64,000 nucleotides of DNA from Candidatus Daviesbacteria bacterium (GCA_016432425.1 CP066688.1:148368-212367); one strand, 5' to 3'; shown: positions 20,194 to 29,355, numbered from the stretch's first letter. Notes: generated by a model from the letters alone, not told the origin. Numbers and translations are program-made.

Positions 20194-21348
20194 ATGTCTA
20201 AAACCGGGAAAGATTTAGCAATAATTATCTTCACTATTTTATTTTCTACTTTTTTAGTTTGGTTACCACATTTATTAGCCCTCCCTAATTTTTGGAATTT
20301 AGATTTTTCAGCAGGATTTAATACTATTTACCGCAATTTTGATGGATTGGAATATATTATAATTGCTAAAACTTTTTACGATCCGGCATTGATTGCCGGC
20401 ATTCCCCAGGCTTTACCGGCCAATTATTTTGCCTCTCATTTTCCAGGCTTCCCTTTATTAATTTTCATATTTGCTCCCCTATTGGGATATTTAAAATCAA
20501 TGCTTTTGGTAACAGTTTTTTTTACAATTGCCTCTAGTTTAGCTTTTTATTTTTTGGTTAAAGATTTTAAACTAACTGTCCATCCCCTATTTTTAACTTT
20601 AGTCTTTCTATTCCTACCAGCCCGCTGGTTAATTGTCCGCTCTGTGGGTTCTCCTGAACCTATATTTATTTTTTTTGTAATTTTATCTATTTATTTTTTC
20701 TTACGAGCTACTAGTTACCAGCTACTAGTTACCGAATTCATCTGGATCTCAGCCATCTTTGCGGCCCTGGCTCAGTTAGTGAGACCTCCGGGGATGCTTT
20801 TAATGGCAGGTTTAGGATTATATGTTTTATGGCAAGCTTATAAACAAAAATCTATTCAATATTTTCTTTCCTTTTATCCGTTTTTAACAATTCCATTAAC
20901 CTTACTCGGCATTTTTTATTTTTATGGCATTCAATACGGGGACTTCTTGGCTTATTTCCATTCCGGAGACAACATCCATCTCACTTTCCCTCCGTTTCAG
21001 ATTTTTAACACTAAACAATATTGGGTAGAATCTATTTGGCTGGAGGATATAGTGTATATTTTTTTGTTAGGTTTTTTAGGGGGGCTGCTACTCTTTAAAG
21101 AAAAAGTTTACCCTGTGGCATTTTTTGTTTTAACTTATCTATTTGCTTCTATTTTTGTGGCCCATCGCGATATCAGTAGATATACCCTACCGATCGCTCC
21201 TTTTGTCATTATTGCATATGAGAAAGTAATTAATACTAAATATTTTAAGATTACTTTGGCTATTTTGGCTTTGGGAATTTATCTCTACTGCCAAAACTAC
21301 CTTATTAATAATATCGCTCCAGTGCCTGATTTATCTTTTTACGATTAA
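20194..21348 (+). CDS. Polytopic membrane protein of unknown function
   Basis: 384 aa, more than 10 TM helices. It is the only plus-strand gene in the locus. It is divergent from 17948..20167 with only 26 nt between the two start codons. Confidence 0.5.
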   Translation: MSKTGKDLAIIIFTILFSTFLVWLPHLLALPNFWNLDFSAGFNTIYRNFDGLEYIIIAKTFYDPALIAGIPQALPANYFASHFPGFPLLIFIFAPLLGYLKSMLLVTVFFTIASSLAFYFLVKDFKLTVHPLFLTLVFLFLPARWLIVRSVGSPEPIFIFFVILSIYFFLRATSYQLLVTEFIWISAIFAALAQLVRPPGMLLMAGLGLYVLWQAYKQKSIQYFLSFYPFLTIPLTLLGIFYFYGIQYGDFLAYFHSGDNIHLTFPPFQIFNTKQYWVESIWLEDIVYIFLLGFLGGLLLFKEKVYPVAFFVLTYLFASIFVAHRDISRYTLPIAPFVIIAYEKVINTKYFKITLAILALGIYLYCQNYLINNIAPVPDLSFYD

Positions 21349-22532
21349 TCTTCTTTTTTCCAGGTGACAAAATGGTTCATTAAAAAGTTCCAAGTCATTA
21401 CCGGGGGGATGGTGGCAAAGAAGTAAAAATTATTGTAAGCAATATGGATTTTGCTTATATAGATAAAGCCGTCTCCATATAAAGCATGCAGTAAATACAC
21501 TACCCCATAGCTAATTATTACTCCCCCTGAACTGACTAAATTAAATAGTAACCATCGTAATATTAGAGAATTTTTAGTTTTTCTCTTTTTGAAAGTCCAA
21601 ACATTGTTAAAGAAAAAATTATTTTGAATGGCCAAAATAGTAGAAATTAATTTGGCATTAGGGGGAGTAAAACCAAATTTGGCAATAAATAATTTATAAA
21701 AGATAAAATCTACCAACGTACCGGTAAAACCGACTGTCCCAAATTTGATGAAAGTTTTGCTACGCCTGGCCAAGAATAAAATTGGTAGATTCATTCCCCA
21801 TTTTGATAACCTCACTTCTATCGCATAACCAAAGATATCAATAATGTAGTTCATAATTTCGTTTTTCGACCGGTCTGCCCGACGGTTGCGAAAAATAATC
21901 GGTACTTCCGTCATTTTGGCCCCAGCCCGGGCAGCTTCTACTACTGCAGCCGGCTGGATTAAAAAGGTAGTGCCATGCCAGGGCACCGCCTGCCAATTCA
22001 TCCGCAAAAAAAGATTTTTGGTGTAGGCCTTATAGGAAGGAGTAAAATCGGTAATTTTCCAAATTCCGGTTAAAAGCCGCAAAACTAAATTTGCAAAAAT
22101 AGTAAACATCTGGCGAGAAAAGGCAATGTTATTCTTGCCGCCGGCAGTTAACCTGGAGCCTTGGACGTATTCATATCCCTCACTAATTTTTTGTAAAAAC
22201 TTAGGAATATCATTGGGGTCATGTTGTAAATCAGCATCTATTTGCATCAATACTTCAGCTTGTATTTTTTTTAAAGCATACTCATAACCTTTAATTATGG
22301 CTAGACCCAATCCCCGCTCAACCACATCTAGAAAATGTACCCGGGGATTTTTAGATACCAATTTTTTAGCTAACTCTCCCGTACCATCAGGCGAATGGCT
22401 GTCCGCTACTAACACATGAATATCGAAACCAGGCACCTTACCATTTTGTTCCAAAATAAGCCGGACAACCTTTTCTATACTACCCCGCTCATTGAAAGTC
22501 GGAGCAACTACAACTACTTTTTTTTCTTTCAT
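21345..22532 (-). CDS. GT2 polyprenol-phosphate sugar synthase fused to a GtrA-like C-terminal membrane domain
   Basis: N-terminal VVVAPTFNERGSI...VLVADSHSPDGT...IDADLQ is DPM1-like. The C-terminal ~120 aa have 4 TM helices (GtrA-like). Confidence 0.7.
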   Translation of the reverse strand: MKEKKVVVVAPTFNERGSIEKVVRLILEQNGKVPGFDIHVLVADSHSPDGTGELAKKLVSKNPRVHFLDVVERGLGLAIIKGYEYALKKIQAEVLMQIDADLQHDPNDIPKFLQKISEGYEYVQGSRLTAGGKNNIAFSRQMFTIFANLVLRLLTGIWKITDFTPSYKAYTKNLFLRMNWQAVPWHGTTFLIQPAAVVEAARAGAKMTEVPIIFRNRRADRSKNEIMNYIIDIFGYAIEVRLSKWGMNLPILFLARRSKTFIKFGTVGFTGTLVDFIFYKLFIAKFGFTPPNAKLISTILAIQNNFFFNNVWTFKKRKTKNSLILRWLLFNLVSSGGVIISYGVVYLLHALYGDGFIYISKIHIAYNNFYFFATIPPVMTWNFLMNHFVTWKKED

Positions 22533-22576
22533 GGCTTGATTGTATGGGAACTTAACTAACTTGGCAAGAAGTCAAG

Positions 22577-23158
22577 TTATTTTTTAAAAACTTGAGCAAA
22601 GGTAGGATTTTGCTGGTCTTTATCTGAGACTTGAGGACTATTTATTTGCCAATCGATATTTAAATCAGGATCGTTCCATAAAATCCCTGTCTCTTTTCCT
22701 GGTTCCCAAAGCTGGTCAGTTAAATAATGAAAATCTGAATCCTGGCTTAATGATAAAAAACCATGTCCACAACCAGCCGGGACAAATACCCTGACTCTAT
22801 TTTTTTCTCCCATGTTGACAGATAAATATTTTCCAAAAGTTGGCGAGTTAACTCTAAGGTCAACAATGATATCCTGCACTTCTCCCCTCATACAATAAAT
22901 TAGTTTATTCCAGGGGGCTTGATGGATACCTCGCAAGTACCCTTTTTTAGTACGGGAATGGTTATCCTGAGCTAAATTAAATTTAAAACCTAAATGATCT
23001 TCTAATTCCGACAAACGGAAAGTCTCCCGGAAAAACCCTCGCTCATCTTCAAAAGTAGGTGATTCTATAATCAAAACTCCTGGGATCTCAGTTTCGGAAA
23101 TTTTAGTTTTGGTATCAGCCATAATTTTAAATATAACTTTTTTGGACCACCCGATCAA
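22577..23158 (-). CDS. rfbC: dTDP-4-dehydrorhamnose 3,5-epimerase
   Basis: IPGVLIIE...FEDERGFFRETF...KGYLRGIHQ are conserved cupin RmlC motifs. Confidence 0.85.
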   Translation of the reverse strand: MIGWSKKVIFKIMADTKTKISETEIPGVLIIESPTFEDERGFFRETFRLSELEDHLGFKFNLAQDNHSRTKKGYLRGIHQAPWNKLIYCMRGEVQDIIVDLRVNSPTFGKYLSVNMGEKNRVRVFVPAGCGHGFLSLSQDSDFHYLTDQLWEPGKETGILWNDPDLNIDWQINSPQVSDKDQQNPTFAQVFKK

Positions 23159-24128
23159 CTATTGGCCGATCTTTCCTTAAAGGTCCCCACCACCACTCAT
23201 TTTCCTTAAACCATTGTACAGTTTTTTCCAACCACTTATCGAAATTATGCTTTTGTCTCCAGCCTAACTTTCTTATTTTTGATCCATCGTTGGCATAACG
23301 AAAATCATGTCCCAAACGATGGTCTACGTATTCAATATATGTTTCATTTAGCCTCAAAATTTCTAGAATTTTTTTGGTTACTTCCAAATTTGTTTTTTCT
23401 TCCCCATTAATTAAATAAGTTTCCCCTACTTTACCTTTTTGCAAGACCAAATCAATAGCCCGGGCATGGTCCTCTACATATAGCCATTCCCTAATGTTTT
23501 CTCCCCTACCCATCAAAGGTACTTTTTGCCCCAGTAATAGATTGGTAATAAAACGGGGTATTAATTTTTCCGGATCATGGTAGGGCCCAAAATTATTGGC
23601 GCAATTAGTAATGGTGACGGGCAGTCCATAAGTTTCAAAAAAGCTGCGGACTAAATGGTCTGATCCGGCTTTAGAAGCAGAATAAGGCGTCCTTGGCTGA
23701 TAAGGAGAATTTTCAGTAAAAGACGATTCATTTAACTGCAAATCCCCGTAAACTTCATCGGTGGAGATATGATGAAATCTTTTGACTTGATGTTTCAAAG
23801 CTGCATCCAGTAAAGTGGCTGTCCCCAAAACATTGGTTTTGACAAAAACCAAAGGATCAATCACGGAGCGGTCCACATGAGACTCAGCGGCAAAATGAAC
23901 TATTATATCAACTGTCGACATGGCTTGATCAACAGCTGCCGGGTCTGTAATATCTCCTTTAATAAAAAGGTAGCGAGGGTTTTGTTCAACATCACGCAAA
24001 CTTTCCAGATGACCGGCGTAAGTTAATTTATCAAAATTGACAACCGTATCTTGAGGATGGTTTTTTAAGTAATAACGAATAAAATTTGAACCAATAAAAC
24101 CCGCTCCCCCGGTAACCAAAATTTTCAT
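23127..24128 (-). CDS. rfbB: dTDP-glucose 4,6-dehydratase
   Basis: MKILVTGGAGFIGSNF is the Rossmann motif, and a YSASK catalytic motif is present. This is an extended SDR. Confidence 0.9.
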   Translation of the reverse strand: MKILVTGGAGFIGSNFIRYYLKNHPQDTVVNFDKLTYAGHLESLRDVEQNPRYLFIKGDITDPAAVDQAMSTVDIIVHFAAESHVDRSVIDPLVFVKTNVLGTATLLDAALKHQVKRFHHISTDEVYGDLQLNESSFTENSPYQPRTPYSASKAGSDHLVRSFFETYGLPVTITNCANNFGPYHDPEKLIPRFITNLLLGQKVPLMGRGENIREWLYVEDHARAIDLVLQKGKVGETYLINGEEKTNLEVTKKILEILRLNETYIEYVDHRLGHDFRYANDGSKIRKLGWRQKHNFDKWLEKTVQWFKENEWWWGPLRKDRPIVDRVVQKSYI

Positions 24129-24131
24129 AGA

Positions 24132-24998
24132 TTATTTTTGATTGATAAGATTTAATAAATATTCCCCATAACCGCTTTTCAAAAGGGGCTCTGCCAAAGC
24201 TTCTAACTGTGCTTTATTTATAAAACCTTCTCTAAAAGCCACTTCTTCCAGACAGCCGATTTTTAACCCCTGTCTTTCTTCGATCACTTGTACAAATTGG
24301 GAAGCTTGAGTCATACTGTTAAAAGTTCCTGTATCCAGCCAAGCAGTCCCCCGATCTAACAAACAAACTTTTAATTTACCTTTTTTAAGATAAGCATCTA
24401 AAACCGAGGTTATCTCCAGCTCTCCTCTGGAACTCGGTTCAACATTTCTGGCAATTTCTATAACATCATTATCACAAAAATAAAGTCCAGCATTAGCATA
24501 ATTTGATTTAGGAATAAGCGGTTTTTCTTCAATTGAAATAATATTCATTTTGTCATCAAACTCATAAACCCCGTATCTTTGTGGATCAGTTACTTGTGCT
24601 GCAAACCCCAAAGCTCCATCTATATCTGCATACTGCTTTAATTGCTTACCCATCTGAGTACCGTAAAAAATATTATCTCCTAAAATCATAGCTACCTTAT
24701 CACTACCTATAAAATCTGCCCCTAATATAAAAGCATCTGCTAAACCCCGCGGTGTTTTTTGTACTTTATAGGAAAATTTACAACCTAATTTTGAACCATC
24801 CCCTAAAAGTTCTTCAAATCTAGGAAGATCTTTTTCTGTAGAAATAATTAAAATGTCGTTGATACCAGCCAACATAAGGATTGATAGCGGGTAATAAATC
24901 ATCGGTTTATCATAAACCGGTAGCAGTTGTTTGCAAACATAAAGTGTGAGCGGGTATAGTCGGGTACCCAATCCTCCAGCTAGAACAATACCTTTCAT
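24132..24998 (-). CDS. rfbA: Glucose-1-phosphate thymidylyltransferase
   Basis: MKGIVLAGGLGTRLYPLT is the canonical RmlA N-terminus. Confidence 0.9.
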   Translation of the reverse strand: MKGIVLAGGLGTRLYPLTLYVCKQLLPVYDKPMIYYPLSILMLAGINDILIISTEKDLPRFEELLGDGSKLGCKFSYKVQKTPRGLADAFILGADFIGSDKVAMILGDNIFYGTQMGKQLKQYADIDGALGFAAQVTDPQRYGVYEFDDKMNIISIEEKPLIPKSNYANAGLYFCDNDVIEIARNVEPSSRGELEITSVLDAYLKKGKLKVCLLDRGTAWLDTGTFNSMTQASQFVQVIEERQGLKIGCLEEVAFREGFINKAQLEALAEPLLKSGYGEYLLNLINQK

Positions 24999-25150
24999 AA
25001 TAAGATGCTAAATAAAATAATTGCCACTAATGCGGCTGTTAAAATATACTCCAAGACAATTTCCCAAGTCAAACTTTTATCCCGGTGGTGGTGTTGCAGA
25101 GCCCAAAATAGATAGATCAAAATTAATCCAGTAGCAATTGCTATTTTCAT
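24995..25150 (-). CDS. Small membrane protein (51 aa), hypothetical
   Basis: Hand translation gives MKIAIATGLILIYLFWALQHHHRDKSLTWEIVLEYILTAALVAIILFSILL, two hydrophobic helices flanking HHHRD. Its start overlaps the stop of the upstream CAP gene (ATGA) and its stop overlaps the rfbA start (ATGA). It falls below the ORF-track size cutoff. Confidence 0.4.
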   Translation of the reverse strand: MKIAIATGLILIYLFWALQHHHRDKSLTWEIVLEYILTAALVAIILFSILL

Positions 25151-26019
25151 AAAATACTCCCTCCGCCGCTAGAAGCTAAAGTGGCTGCGGCCATAGAAAT
25201 CACTGCCAGATGGGCTAAATGATTGGATCTGACTTTAAGCACCCCTCTTTTTCGGATAATCAAAAGGTCTAAGATTACCAATATTGCTACAAAAGCTAAA
25301 ATTCCCAGTCCCGTAACTTTAGTTACAGATAAAGGATCCAACAAGGCCTTTTCTACCTTAGTATCTTGCAAGCCAGCTACCAATTGCGTTACCTGATTAT
25401 ATGAATCCTGGGGAACTGTTAATTTTTCCCCACCAACAGAAACTGTGGGAGCAGCAGCTAAGGTTTGGGTAGTACCAAATTCCTGGACCACTAAAGTAGT
25501 TTTTTGACCATTCAAAACTCCCTCTACTACAGCAATACCAATATCCTGATATTTAGGGTTTAGAATATTAGCCCGATGAGTAGGTGATTGCATCCAAGCA
25601 GTTACTACTTCATTTGACTGAGAAAAGCTTTTTGCTAAATTTTCACCGGCATAGGTAAATTTATAACCTGCACTCAAAATAAAATCCCAGGGAGTTTTAC
25701 CAGATGGTGCAAAGTGGGCCCAATAATTTTCTTGAAACATATTGGTTGCTTTCGCTGCAGCAGCTTGATTTAAGGCAGTATTTTCTCTTAAAGGGCTTAA
25801 ACCATTTTTTTGCCGCTCCTGGTTAGTTAATTCAATTAGTTGGTTTTGGGAAATAACGGATTCAACCCCTAAAATTCCTGGTTTATAAAAACTAAATACC
25901 AGGAAACTAATTTTTAAAAGCAAAAAGATTAAGCCGTAAATTAAAATTGCTTCCCAGGAAATTAAATGAGCTTTTTTATGAGTTTCGCGGTGGGGGATAA
26001 ATAAATTATGCCAAACCAT
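25147..26019 (-). CDS. CAP/SCP/PR-1 domain protein, membrane-anchored
   Basis: The central domain NQERQKNGLSPL...YWAHFAP...GENLA...WMQSPTHRANIL matches CAP-superfamily motifs. It is flanked by TM segments. Confidence 0.7.
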   Translation of the reverse strand: MVWHNLFIPHRETHKKAHLISWEAILIYGLIFLLLKISFLVFSFYKPGILGVESVISQNQLIELTNQERQKNGLSPLRENTALNQAAAAKATNMFQENYWAHFAPSGKTPWDFILSAGYKFTYAGENLAKSFSQSNEVVTAWMQSPTHRANILNPKYQDIGIAVVEGVLNGQKTTLVVQEFGTTQTLAAAPTVSVGGEKLTVPQDSYNQVTQLVAGLQDTKVEKALLDPLSVTKVTGLGILAFVAILVILDLLIIRKRGVLKVRSNHLAHLAVISMAAATLASSGGGSIL

Positions 26020-26024
26020 TAAAT

Positions 26025-26426
26025 CTAGTATACCAAGTTATCTTCTATTTTTTTACTGTTGACGGGAATACCCAGAGACAATCCTAGAGCATTGGCTACT
26101 GAAACTCCCACTCTCAAACCAGTAAAAGATCCCGGCCCAGTTTCTACCTCAATTCCAGTCAAAATTTTCCAATTTGAATTTGCACAATTTGCACTCCTGG
26201 TCTGTTTTTGAACCTGCACTCCCGGAGTGTAGGTTTGAAGTAACTTTTCTATTAGTGGCAGTAAAACTTGAGATCCATACTCATTTTCCTGGCTTAAACT
26301 AGCCATTACTTCCCCATCTTTTTTAAGAGAAACCTCCACCACTTTTTGGTCTTTGGTATTAATATGGAGTATCATCATAATACGAATTTTACCACGAGCA
26401 GGGATGACATCATACACGCTTGACAA
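26025..26426 (-). CDS. tsaB: tRNA t6A biosynthesis protein TsaB-like (short form); the true start may be the internal Met near 26378
   Basis: ...ILTGIEVETGPGSFTGLRVGVSVANALGLSLGIPV matches the conserved TsaB/YeaZ core (GPGSFTG(L/V)R). It carries a 45-nt in-frame repeat insertion (see finding). Confidence 0.55.
   Translation of the reverse strand: MSSVYDVIPARGKIRIMMILHINTKDQKVVEVSLKKDGEVMASLSQENEYGSQVLLPLIEKLLQTYTPGVQVQKQTRSANCANSNWKILTGIEVETGPGSFTGLRVGVSVANALGLSLGIPVNSKKIEDNLVY
26188..26232. repeat. In-frame palindromic repeat element (45 nt) inside tsaB
   Basis: TTGCACTCCTGGTCTGT is a 17/17 reverse-complement match to 48593..48609. AACCTGCACTCCCGGAGTG is an 18/19 match to 48563..48581. Confidence 0.6.
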
Positions 26427-26453
26427 ATGCTATAGGACATAGTATAATTATTT

Positions 26454-26962
26454 TCATGGAATCAGAGATTAACCGGGCTTCGGTTAAAGATCGTGTAAAA
26501 ACAAAACACATAAAATCATTTGCTCGCTTAGGAATAAGCGCCCTAGTTATTGCCGCTCCTATATTAGAACAAAGTTTTGTCCAAGCCGGCGGATGTTTAT
26601 TACCAGAAGCCCCTGGACATTTAAGAATTTGGGCAGAACCAATTCACATGCATGCGGGGAGTTCTGATGAACCTTTGCCAGATCACTCTCATCTCTTTAG
26701 ATTTTTATGGGAACCAGCCCTAGGAGCTAGCGGATATGAATTTAGATTGGATGATCCAACTACCACCGGTATCATTAATGGCGTTAATAAAGAACCAGAT
26801 GTGGAAGGTCTTTTACCGCGTACTGGAATTGATGTTGATTTGCAAAACCCGACTACCTATAACTGGAGTGTAAGTTCTGTAAATGAATGCGGCGAAAGCG
26901 TCGAAGCGGTAGGCCCAAACCTGACCATCGCTGGATACACTATTAATCCTACTGTTCAATAA
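26454..26962 (+). CDS. Hypothetical small secreted/membrane-anchored protein
   Basis: An ORF starting MESEINRASV has one TM helix (LGISALVIAAPIL). It lies in the otherwise empty gap upstream of prfB. No homology is recognised. Confidence 0.3.
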
Positions 26963-27092
26963 TAATTACTGCACATCCAGATATAATAATTGACAGAATC
27001 TTTAAATTCATTTTGTCACAATTCGTACTACGATCGTTGAATGAATTGTTATAGATTTAGTTTTTCCAGCTTTTGTTGGTATAATTTCAGCT

Positions 27093-28202
27093 ATGGATGA
27101 AATACTAGATAAACTAAATTCTTTACAGGAAAGATTTCAAAAAATATCTGACTCTTTGGATCGGGAGAAATTGCATGGAGAAATTAAAGAACTAGAAACC
27201 CAAACCATGAAAAAAGGCTTTTGGAATGATCCCCAACAAGCATCTATTGTTAGTCAAAGATTAGCAGATAAACAAAAAACTCTCAGCAGTTTAGAGATGG
27301 TAGAAAATAGACTTCGGGATGCAAATAGCCTTTATGAAGAAAGCAATCAAACTACCATTGGATGGACTACAGATGACACTCAATTATTAGTCACGGAGAT
27401 TAGGGACTTAGAGGAAATATTAGATAAATTAGAGCTAAAGCTATTTTTATCCAATCCCCATGATTCTGCTGAGGCCATTTTATCCATCCATGCCGGCACC
27501 GGGGGAGTAGAAGCGATGGACTGGGCAGCCATGCTTTCTCGGATGTACCAGCGGTATTTTGATAAAATTGGCTGGAAATTTGAATTAGGTGATGAAAGCG
27601 TGGGTGAAGAAGCAGGCATTAAATCCATCTCTTTCATTGTCCATGCCCCTTTTGCCTATGGGTACTTAAAAGGAGAGAGCGGCACCCATCGACTGGTGCG
27701 CCAATCCCCCTTTAATGCTGACAACTTACGCCAAACTTCCTTTGCAGCCGTGGAAGTTTTACCGATCATTGAAGACCAAAATGAGGTAACTATTAACCCA
27801 ACAGATATAGAATTTTCAAGCTTTAGGGCTGGTGGAGCAGGAGGACAAAATGTTAATAAAGTTTCAACTGCAGTCAGACTTAAACATCTTCCTACAGGAC
27901 TCGTAGTGACAGCTCAGACAGAAAGATCACAGCTGCAGAATAGAGAAAATGCATTGCGGATACTGCGAGCTAAGCTCTGGGTGCTCCAACAAACACAGCT
28001 CGCCGAGGAAAAAGCAGAACTTAGAGGTAGTTACCAAAAAGCTAGTTGGGGCAGCCAAATCCGCTCTTATGTTTTGCACCCCTACCATTTAGTCAAAGAC
28101 CTAAGGACAGGAGTGGAAATTTCCGATACCGAGGGAGTCCTGGATGGGGAGTTGAACCAGTTTATTGAGGCAAACTTGAGGCTGGACAAAGATAGATTAT
28201 AA
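27093..28202 (+). CDS. prfB: Peptide chain release factor 2
   Basis: The SPF tripeptide (RF2-specific) and the GGQ motif ([17 protein letters not shown]) are present. It is one continuous 369-aa ORF. Confidence 0.9.
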   Translation: MDEILDKLNSLQERFQKISDSLDREKLHGEIKELETQTMKKGFWNDPQQASIVSQRLADKQKTLSSLEMVENRLRDANSLYEESNQTTIGWTTDDTQLLVTEIRDLEEILDKLELKLFLSNPHDSAEAILSIHAGTGGVEAMDWAAMLSRMYQRYFDKIGWKFELGDESVGEEAGIKSISFIVHAPFAYGYLKGESGTHRLVRQSPFNADNLRQTSFAAVEVLPIIEDQNEVTINPTDIEFSSFRAGGAGGQNVNKVSTAVRLKHLPTGLVVTAQTERSQLQNRENALRILRAKLWVLQQTQLAEEKAELRGSYQKASWGSQIRSYVLHPYHLVKDLRTGVEISDTEGVLDGELNQFIEANLRLDKDRL

Positions 28203-28225
28203 CTGTTACTATTATTTAAGTAATT

Positions 28226-28663
28226 ATGGAAAACTCCACTGCCGATAATTTAATTAAACCCTTAGCCAAAAGTTCCCAAACTGTTAAAATAATGGTGGCT
28301 GTACTTATCTCAACAATTGCTTTAGGAGGAATTACCGGTTATTTAATGGCGAATAAAAATCCCATTTCCAACCTTTCCACCGGCATTAACGGTACCCCTC
28401 CTAAATCTGCCCAACAGGACAGTAAAACTTTTCGTGATTTTGCCGAAGGAGTAATTAAACCCAAATCAACCGAATCAGATAACTACAGTGAGGGCACCCA
28501 TATTTTGCAACGGGACAACAACCCTACTCCGGTAGCCTTAACTTCTTCCGTGGTTGATTTGTCGCAATATGAAGGCAAAAAAGTGCGAATTTACGGAGAA
28601 ACCCAAAAGGCTGTGACTGAAGGATGGTTAATGGATGTAGGCAAAGTTGAGATTATCAAATGA
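28226..28663 (+). CDS. Hypothetical membrane-anchored protein
   Basis: 145 aa with an N-terminal TM helix (VKIMVAVLISTIALGGITGYL). It is immediately upstream of ftsE. Confidence 0.45.
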   Translation: MENSTADNLIKPLAKSSQTVKIMVAVLISTIALGGITGYLMANKNPISNLSTGINGTPPKSAQQDSKTFRDFAEGVIKPKSTESDNYSEGTHILQRDNNPTPVALTSSVVDLSQYEGKKVRIYGETQKAVTEGWLMDVGKVEIIK

Positions 28664-28669
28664 TAACCG

Positions 28670-29350
28670 ATGATCAAATTCGAAAATGTTAGCAAAAAGT
28701 TTAGCTCCTCCATCATCGCCCTGGATGACATTAATTTAGAAATTTCCCAGGGAGAATTCATTTTTCTGGTCGGCCCTTCGGGTGCTGGCAAATCCACCCT
28801 ACTTCGGATTTTAACCAGAGAAATTACTCCCACTAGCGGCCAGGTCTCCCTTGATAAAGTAGATATTACTAAAATTAAAGAGTCAGAAGTTTTTAAACTG
28901 CGCCGCAAAATAGGCTTTGTTTTTCAAGATTTTAAATTGCTAGATGATCGGACAGTTTTCGAAAATGTCGCCTTAACCCTGGAAGCTTTGGGCAAAGACG
29001 ATGATGAAATCCGCAAACAAGTTGAACATACCTTAAAATTAGTAGAGATTTGGGACCGCCGGAATTTGTTCCCCCGTCAGCTTTCCGGAGGAGAAGCTCA
29101 ACGCACAGCCATGGCCCGGGCTATCATTGGCAAACCGGAAATTTTACTGGCTGATGAACCAACCGGTGATTTAGACCCTAAAACTGCCTGGGGAGTTATC
29201 CAACTATTAAATGAGATTAACTCTTGGGGAACTACAGTTTTAATGGCCACTCACAACTCCGAAATTGTCAATTCTCTAAAGCGGCGCGTAGTTACCTTAA
29301 AAGGGGGTAAAATTATCAAAGACAGCAAAGAAGGGAAGTACGATCTTTAA
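28670..29350 (+). CDS. ftsE: Cell division ATP-binding protein FtsE
   Basis: Walker A is GPSGAGKST. The ABC signature LSGGEAQR and Walker B LLADEPTGDLD are also present. Confidence 0.9.
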   Translation: MIKFENVSKKFSSSIIALDDINLEISQGEFIFLVGPSGAGKSTLLRILTREITPTSGQVSLDKVDITKIKESEVFKLRRKIGFVFQDFKLLDDRTVFENVALTLEALGKDDDEIRKQVEHTLKLVEIWDRRNLFPRQLSGGEAQRTAMARAIIGKPEILLADEPTGDLDPKTAWGVIQLLNEINSWGTTVLMATHNSEIVNSLKRRVVTLKGGKIIKDSKEGKYDL

Positions 29351-29355
29351 AAATT

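Noticed and set aside
27093-27200. Programmed +1 frameshift site in prfB
   Set aside because: I looked for an early in-frame UGA with an upstream SD-like element. The ORF is continuous from ATG to stop, so no frameshift is present.
27380-27637. 85-aa ORF antisense within prfB
   Set aside because: The RF2 frame carries the canonical SPF and GGQ motifs. The antisense ORF is spurious.
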